Shown here: piece by piece, positions 56,201 through 64,000 of the stretch
Numbering within the stretch: the first letter of the stretch is position 1
Layout: the number at the start of each line of letters is the position of its first letter
Source: Eimeria praecox
Lineage: Eukaryota
NCBI GenBank assembly: GCA_963920595.1
Contig: OY986949.1
Coordinates: forward strand, 2,790,001 to 2,854,000
Reading direction: 5' to 3'
Length of the DNA: 64,000 nucleotides
Notes under the pieces: model-generated
Told to the model about the DNA's origin: nothing
Databases searched by the model: none
What the model saw: the letters and a program-made list of their open reading frames with translations, nothing else
Made by a program: the position numbers and the translations under genes

Positions 56201-58484
56201 GCGGTGTAGCAGTCATTGCCAACAGTCGCGCTGGTGGCAATGCGCTAACAACGGCAGCAGCAGCGCGGTGCTATTTGAAGACTTCCCCAAAGCAGGTGCC
56301 ATTGGCAGCAAGGCTGTACGCAGCAGCCGTTAGAGGAAAGAGTTTTGCCCAGACAGGCGACGTCAGAAAGGGAAAAGCGCTGGCTTTCGCAGTAGCAACT
56401 GCAGCGACACTAGCGGCACCAGACAACCCAGTCGGGCTACAGCGGGATGACGCAGCCCAGAACGAACAGACAGAAAGGCGCCTGTCCCCCCATTTGATTC
56501 CACAAATCCGCCTGAACCCTGCCGTTGCAGCAGGAGCTGCTGCCCTTGTTGCTGCTGTTGCCCTTGCTGCTGCTGCCCTTGCTGATGCTGCTGCCCTTGT
56601 TGCTGATGGTGCTAAAAGATACCAAGTAAGGCGGCGCTAAGGAGGCATGCCAGGAGAATACATGATCGCATATATCGCTGCTGCTGCAACTCCCCATTGA
56701 TTAAAAAGCAAGCAGCTCATCTGATGATGTTGCTGCTACAGCTGAGAAGGGCCGGTGCCAAGGCTTTTGAACCAACACCCCCAATGCCAACCAAAGCAAT
56801 ACAACGACAGGAAGACGCAAGGTTTCTGCTTCTCTTGTTTGTCCTGCAGGCCACGTTGACGCGCATCTGTAGTAATAGCAGCCCCATATACACTGCACCA
56901 GGGTCTGTAGCAACAGCGTCTCCAGCAGGGGCAGTACTCAGCTAGATAAAGGACCAGGAGGGGGCATGAGCTCCAGAGGCACTGAAGCAGGTCAGCGGCG
57001 CCTTCCTTCCCTACAGCAGCCGTGCCTGCATGGAGTTCGTCATTGTCACAAGGTCAGCGTTGCTTTGACTCCTGCTGCTTATGCTGCTGCACAGCCAAAC
57101 ATGAAGGCTGCTGATTATAGGAGAAAGAGTGAAGGTGCAAAAGAGAGTCACAAAGCGTGGTAGGCTTCGTTCCTTATGAGCACCAAGCGAAAGCGCCTCC
57201 AGCAGCAGAAAAGGGGGCAGCTGCAACAGCAATAGTAAGAGTCGCCAAAAGCAAAACAAAAATATGGGACAGAAGGCATGATACCGAAATGGCAATGTGA
57301 GGCATAAAATAGGTGGAAGTGCATCTGAGCTTGCGGCGCAAAAAGGGTCAGAGCAAAGCACGAGCCCAAACCGCCAATTGAGCCACTGCAACAACAGCAA
57401 AATTACCAACAGTAGCAGAAAGGCTTACTTAGAGGAACGGCAGAGAAGAGCGTAGCAACAGACAGCCTCAGGGGGAAGCCAGACCAGCCTGGAAAAGACG
57501 CAGTGTGACGTAGCTGTCCGATAATATGTTGCTGCTGAAGTTGTTGGGGAAGGTGTATTTCCTGCTAGTGCTGTGTCTATTACTGATTTTGCGAGCGTTT
57601 CATCTGCTTCAGGGCATCAAGTTGGTTGTGGTGTCTTCATTATCGTTCGCCTGGGCAGATATTCAGCAGCAACGGCAACAACAACATGATCAGCAAAGCC
57701 CCATGCGCTGCTTCGGGGGCTTGTTTGCCTACTTTTCGTGCTTTTATCTCAAAGGCACGTCGTGCTGTCTACCTCGCAGCGGCGGTCCTCCTTGATAGGC
57801 ATACCCGTTGGCCCCCTGGAGGACTTGCAGCAGCATGTTGCAGCTGCTGCTGGTGCTGCAGATTTAGCATTAGTTGCTGCCACTGCTGCTACGACAGCAG
57901 CAGCACCAGCCTGCACCGGGTCAACAGCAAGGTGCCCGTGCTGACTTTGGCCGAGAGGTACAGTGGAAAATTCAGCTGAGTAACCCCAGGAAGCCAAACG
58001 CCGGTTGGCTCGCAAACCGCCATCAAGGTGTTAGTTCAAACGCCATACAAAGTGGGCGCTAGAGCAATAGAATCGGCAGCTCTTGAAGTGTAGAAGCGCA
58101 GGTTTCGTTGTTTGTAAAATCATCATTCTCGTTTGCGCTGCTGCGGGGGTATTACAGGTGAACAGATGAAGGCCGCTAGGGCCTCCGGTGTAGTGGAGCC
58201 TCCGGGAAGTGCAGCGTAAGGGATTTTAGACCCTGAGTGCTGCTGTTCTGGCTGTTGGTGTTACTACTGCTCTTGCTGCTGCTGTCGGTGCTACTGGCAA
58301 CTCAACAGGGCCCGCTGCAGACGCCTGCGCACTCAGTTGCTGTTGTTGTTGTTACTGCTTATTCACATGGCTTCTGACGAGAAGGCACCTTGTTGCTGCT
58401 GCCGTTGACGTTACGCTTGCCGCTGTTGCAGTTGCAGCATGAGGGTCCTGAGCCCTGCTGCGTGTGTGTTACAGTCTCTCGAGG

Positions 58485-58870
58485 GTCATGGTGGTGTGAT
58501 GCGCGTTGTGTGTACTCCGTTTTACTGAGATGGTATGAATATTTGCATTGCATCCTTAAGGTCGTCAAAACGCACGTCATGATGGTGTGATGCGTGTTGT
58601 GTGTTCATTTTACTGAGATGATATGAATATTTGCATTGTCTTCAAAAGGCACGTCATGCTGGTATGTATGTGCAGATGGGACAGATGGATTTGAATTTTT
58701 AAATTCCTATGGTTTGAATGAGGCACTGAGAATCGAGGGATATAGGCGGCTAAGTCGAAGCTGGTCAAATGGATTGTATCCCAGCAAGCCTAAATATTTT
58801 GAGATGATATGAATATTTGCATGGCATTCTTAAGGCCGTCAAAACGCACGTCATGATGTGATGCGTGCTG
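58485..58870 (-). repeat. Orphan inverted cluster of the IGS repeat (3 cores plus HOR spacer)
   Basis: Reverse-complement cores at about 58552-58581, 58632-58657 and 58825-58854; spacer matches GCTTGCTGGGATACAATCCATT and CCCTCGATTCTCA of the 381-bp HOR. Confidence 0.88.
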
Positions 58871-59943
58871 CGTTCGTTTAGTCGATAAGAGGTGGAAGCT
58901 CGATGGCCTTCCTTTAAAAAGTAGCATTTATCATTTCTATTTACGGGGGAATCGAACCCCGTACGCGTATTCTGGCGGGAATCCATGAGGTATCTTCTTA
59001 TAGATCTTCGCTTGATTCCCCTGATTTATTTACCCGCATGCGGACAGCCAACCTGAGGGCTTCTACCGCACAATACTGCAGCCTTTGATTCTGTGGCCCC
59101 CAAGAGAAGACGACAAAGTAAATTGATGTCTCTCCTTTTGCTGCATGCGTTTGTAATATAAAGCGGCTCTTTGATAGATTTTTTTCATGCTTTCTGCTTA
59201 GTCTGCAGTTAAACACCGTCGTCAGATCTGACGCTACATCTGCTTATCAGAAGCCTGCTTCGTAAACCCCAAGTTTCCCATTTCCCTACACAAGTTGCAG
59301 CAGCAGGAGCATTCATGCAGGAAGTACAAGAACATCATGTATGAATTAATATGCATGCATTAGCCTGAGAAAGAGTAACATATCGTGTGCGGGCTTCCCC
59401 TTGAGTGCATGCATGCTAGCTATGAAAGGCCAAGGAATACGTGTTCAACAACTGTCTACAATCTTTAGAGACAAACAGAAAGAATGGGGCTTGCTTGTGC
59501 ATGCACAGGAAATGGGGCTTGCTTGTGCATGCACAGAGTTAGTAAAGTTCGCAGCATTTTCTGCAGCAAGCAAACGCTTTTTTGCCTTCCTTCTCGCATG
59601 CCCTGTCCCCCCTGTGAAGACTGAAGACATCTCTTCGATTATTTTACTTTACTGCAGCTAGCAACAAACCCCCCAGCTAGCTAGCTAGCGAGCATCAAAG
59701 ACTACCTCCGTTCTATGAGAGACGCTCCCCTGAGGGACCCGGTTATAGGAGGAGAAGCAATTAGTTGTGTTTGTGTTTTTACCTTGCCTTTGTCCTTTTT
59801 TCTGTTTGCTGAGGTCTTCTGCTAATATTGCTCGACTTTATTCTTTTCTTCTATGGGGGTAGGGAGAAGCTGTTCTCAACAGTCACTCCTGTTTTAATAT
59901 CGAGAAAGTGGGGAACTCTACATATTTATGGGATTTATTAAAA

Positions 59944-60368
59944 TTTAGGGTTTAGGGTTTAGGGTTTAGAGGCAGCATCTTGGGTCTTCTACGTGCTCGG
60001 CGACGTACCCTGACAAGCAGCCCCTGGCTTGTAGAGAAGAAGGACTGAAGGCTTTGTTTAATTATATTTTTGGTTTTAAATGCATATATTTCGAACAGAA
60101 ATCCTAGGGTCTGACTCCATAACACTAAACCCTAAACCCTAAACCCTAGCAACAATCGGAAGCGTCTGTTCCTTTTCACGTTGGAGCACGTTGGGCTTTT
60201 TCTTCTGCTGCATCTTCTTTACATTTAATTTATAGATATTTATTTATGACATATATATTTTTATAAGTTATCTTCTTATTTCACGCAAAGGACTCGTGCT
60301 ACGAATAGCTGATAGAGGCGGCTTCCGGTCCCCGCAGGCTGGTAGGGTTTAGGGTTTAGGGTTTAGGG
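59944..60368. repeat. Three short interstitial telomere-like (TTTAGGG/CCCTAAA)n tracts
   Basis: About 59944-59969 (+), 60125-60148 (-) and 60344-60368 (+); this heptamer is a known abundant non-coding repeat in Eimeria. Confidence 0.9.
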
Positions 60369-60581
60369 CTGACGGGAGCAGTGTTCCTATTCCCTGGGTA
60401 TCAGGCTGTTTAAGGACTTCGCACACAATGCACAGGGAGCCGCAGCAGCATCCGCAACAGTAACAGCAGCAGCATCAGCAGCAGCAGCAGGCTGGGCAGC
60501 AGCAGCTGCTGCACAATAAAGATTATTTTTCGCTACGGTTTTGTATTTCTAGGGTTTTGACGGATGTAGTTGATTAATATT

Positions 60582-60974
60582 ATGAGTCTGATGCTGCTTC
60601 TTTTGTATTTTTCTTTCTACACAGCTCTGCGCCTCGCTCTTTGTCAATCATCTTCTCTATCTTCTCCTCAAAGAGGGGAGGGGCCCCCCTTGTTTGATAC
60701 TTCTGCAGAAGAACTCCCTGATACCCCCATGGGGGCTGCCCCCTTCGAGTGGCCCCCATGGGGGACTTCTCCTGAGGCTGTCTCTCCAGACTTGTCTTCT
60801 CTACCTTACGAGGGAGCAGCAAAGAAGCTGCAAGGCGAGGTCTCTGCTTCTCCTCGCAGCAGCAGCAGACTATGGGGGGCCCCGCTAGAAGACCAGGGGG
60901 CCCCAGAAACCCCAGTGACACCAGGATCCCCTCAGGGGGCCCTCCAAGGACAAGAATACCCTGCTGCTTCTTCT

Positions 60975-61007
<33 letters not shown>

Positions 61008-61457
61008 GAAGGCATGATACAGTGGAAACCTCGTGAATCATCAAGTAAGGGGGCGTCTGAGACGACAGGCAGCTTTGATCTCGATTCATTTGATATAGGA
61101 GGGAAGGATTCGTCTCTGCAGCGGCAGCAGCAGCAGCCGCAGCAAGACGAAGAACAGAGACAGTTACATGCGCTGCAGCAAGAACTGCTGAAAGAGCACT
61201 TTCTGCATCAGCAGCAGCAGCATCAAAAGAAGCAGCAGCGAAGACTGCTGCAGCGACAGCTCTCACAGCTTTCGATGTCTGAGCTGTTTGGTAGAAGCTT
61301 AGGGCTGCAGGCAGCAGCAGCAGCAGCAGAACGTGAAGGAGAGGAGGGAGTGATGCCGCATCAAAGTTGGGAGGCAGCTTACAGCAGTCTGCAGCAGCAA
61401 GAGCAGCAACAACAAGAAGCAGGATTTTCTTCTGGTGTGTGTGGTGGGGGGGCCTTA

Positions 61458-61489
<32 letters not shown>

Positions 61490-63053
61490 TGCAGGACGCT
61501 CAAGCACCAGCTCTACGCTGCTACGGAAAAAAGTTATGTGGGGTTTGCTACTAAGCTTGTCTTTAGGGCTGCTGCTGCAGCAGCTCTCAGATAAGAATCA
61601 AAGAAAGACAACAGAGCTTGAGACAAGACATCTACCTCAACTATCTCAACAAGTATTAAGAGCAAGGGAAGGATTAGAAGAGAGAGACATGCTGCTGTCT
61701 CTGCTGCCTATTAGCTGCAGACAGATGCAGCAGCAGCTTGTTGAAGCTGAAGCAGAAGAGGTAAAACTTTTGTTTGAGTTAGATAATCTTAATGTACAAA
61801 GAGATATGAAAGAGCAGCAGCAGCAGCAGCAGCGGCAGCAGCAGCAGCAGCGTCTAGAAGCAGCATCGTTAGCACATCTTGGAGAAGTAGGGAGGCAGCT
61901 ATCCGAGCTAAGAGCTGCTGCTGCATGCGCCCGTCATGCTGTTGCGGGGCTAGAGGCTGCAGCAGACACAAAAGCTACTGCAGCAGCAAACACGCTGCTG
62001 CAGCTGCAGCAGCGACAGGCGGCGCTGCAGCAGCAGCTGCAAGCAGCAACAGCAAGGAATCAGCTCGCACAGATGCTTGTCGAGCAGCAGCAAAATGTTG
62101 CTGCTGCAGCAGCACAGCTGCAGCAGCAGCTTCTAGATGAATTGCAGCAACCACAGTCTGACCAGGCCCTGCAGCAGCAGAACCAGCAGTTGCTACAGTA
62201 CATCGAGCAGCAACAGCAGCAGCAACAGCAGCTGCTGCTGGAGCAGCAGCAGCAAGAACAGGGGGAACAGATACAACAAAAGCTTGAACAAGAGATTAAA
62301 ACGCTAACAGACGAACTTGCAGAGGCTCGTGTGCGGCTGCGGGCTATCAGCAGCAGATGGTGGTTCCAGCGGCAGCAGCAGCAGGAGCTGCACGGCGATG
62401 GAATGCAGGAAGAGCCACCACAGACGCCGTCTCCAGAGGAGCAGCAGGAAGGCGATCAGCAGCAACAGCAGCAGCAGCAGCAACAGCAGCAAGATCCCGC
62501 TGCAGATTTCTCATCTTCTTATCAAGTTAAGATAGAGGCATTGAAGCTGCAGCTGCAGCGGCTGCAGCAGCAGCTGCATGCAGCAAAGATGAGAAAGGTT
62601 CTCTGGACTCAGGCGATAGTAGGGCCCCTACTTGAAGATAAGGCTAAGGGCGTACGTACACTCTGTAAAAAAGTTAAGATACTTGAGCGGGAGGCCACCA
62701 GGCTTCTGCTGTCTATGCAGGGGACCCCCGAGGAGGCCCCAGGGGCCCCCCCTGGGGGAGGGGCTGGAGGGGCCCCTGGGGGAGGAGTGCCTGGGGGGGC
62801 CCCTGGAGGGGCCCTTGGGGTGGGCCCCCCTGCCTTGGAAGGGGGCCGCTCGGTAAGGAGGCGGGGGGGGCCCTCGCATGCCGTTAGAAGGGGAGGCCCC
62901 AAGGGGGGGGCCCATGAAGGAGATGCTGGGAGGGGGGCCCTAAGATCTGCAGTTTGTCAGTTAGAAGCAGCAACGAAGAAGATAGAGAGTCTAACAAAAG
63001 AAATGTCTCTCTGGTTAAATGAAGATATGCAAAAGGAAGTAGAAAATATTTAA
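60582..63053 (+). CDS. Hypothetical protein (about 823 aa): signal-peptide-like N-terminus, internal hydrophobic segment, poly-Q/poly-A coiled-coil region
   Basis: 2.47-kb uninterrupted frame from the first ATG (MSLMLLLLYFSFYTALRLALC); TM-like VMWGLLLSLSLGLLL; CAG-encoded homopolymers typical of Eimeria proteins. No family recognised. Confidence 0.7.
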
Positions 63054-63089
63054 ATAATGTTGCGTATGCTAGAAACACGCATGGGAGAT

Positions 63090-63225
63090 ACGCATGCATG
63101 CATGCATGCGTATCTTTTATCTATACGTGCATGCATGCATGCATGCACGTCTTCCAAGTATGCATGCATGCATACACAGGTCTCTAATGCATCTATGCAA
63201 TGCATGCATGCATGCATGCATAGAT
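63090..63225. repeat. TGCATGCA palindromic octamer cluster
   Basis: Multiple (ATGC)n runs just after the ORF stop; known enriched non-coding motif in coccidia. Confidence 0.8.
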
Positions 63226-64000
63226 GTATGCACACTTGGGTGTTTGATTGTTGGGGTTTGTTTATATAGACCGTCAGGCAGTTATTTGCTTTATAAGCTA
63301 TCTAAACTCTAGAGCCGCAGCGGCAACTCAATGCAGTACACGCAGCAGCAGTAGCACCAACAACAGCAGCAGCAGTAATAGCACCAACAACAGCAGCAGC
63401 AGCAGCAGCCGCTCCGACAGTTGCTGCTGCGACTGCTGCTGCTGCTGCAACAGCAGCCCTAGTTGGTGTAATGGATTTTGTGTTTGTCTCTCGTCTTTGT
63501 ATACACAATCGTTCTTAGGCATATTTGTTTGTCTCTACGCCTCTGAGATTATTATTTATATATTATATTGTCTCTTTCTGCTTTTTTAATTAATAAGAAA
63601 GAAAGAGATAAGTATTGTATATTATATAATCTCTTTCTCCTTTTTAATTAATTAGAAAGGAAGAGATATATAATAAACATACACGCTCAAGAGCCTCAGA
63701 GTTTGTTTGTTTTGCTGTGCATGCATCTAAAGACCCAAAAGTGCGAGAGCATGAGTCGTCTGCCCCCTCCGTATGTGTGCAGACAGCACAACATAGGGGG
63801 GGCTGCTGCTGCTGCAGCTGCTGCTGCAGCTCTTGCTGCAGGAGCTCCTGAAGCTGCAGCTCCTGCAGCAGCAGCAGTTGCTGCTGCTGCTGCTGCTTGC
63901 TCTCGAGCCTCTCCGTGTCTTACGGGCCTTAGCTAAGGAATTGAGACAGCCAACGGAATGCTGCATAGAGTACAAACAGCAGCACATAATAACAATTATT

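Noticed and set aside
54800..58480. Protein-coding gene in the CAG-rich flank
   Set aside because: Only short low-complexity ORFs with no recognisable domain; a spliced gene cannot be supported by eye.
59944..60368. True telomere or chromosome end
   Set aside because: Only 3-4 units per tract, in mixed orientation, with unique sequence continuing beyond.
60580..63987. Antisense and alternate-frame ORFs rich in A, Q, S, C or L
   Set aside because: By-products of CAG/CTG and ATGC repeats, which lack stop codons in several frames.

Overview
Coccidian genomic DNA, most likely Eimeria (apicomplexan-type 18S/28S, CAG-rich tracts, interstitial TTTAGGG, TGCATGCA octamers; species not determined). 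It holds the last three units of a tandem rDNA array on the + strand (18S-ITS1-5.8S-ITS2-28S-IGS, period about 21.4-22.4 kb), followed by unique flanking DNA from about 53.3 kb with one long Gln/Ala-rich ORF. Two of the three 28S genes are interrupted at the same base (helix 69, 8 nt upstream of the classical R2 site) by a site-specific non-LTR retrotransposon with RT and restriction-like endonuclease domains (NeSL/Utopia/R5-like), lying antisense to the rRNA. One copy is apparently full length (4482-9266, 1461-aa ORF), one is 5'-truncated (26856-30514), and the third 28S is empty. The main unexpected signal is in the IGS tandem repeats (96-bp monomer, 381-bp higher-order repeat): each monomer carries a 30-bp gapless mimic (22/30 identical) of the element's 28S target. 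In the terminal IGS, two truncated copies from two different families sit in this mimic at or next to the equivalent nick position, and several other mimic copies have indels at that position. This suggests a target-decoy array, which is an inference that needs testing.
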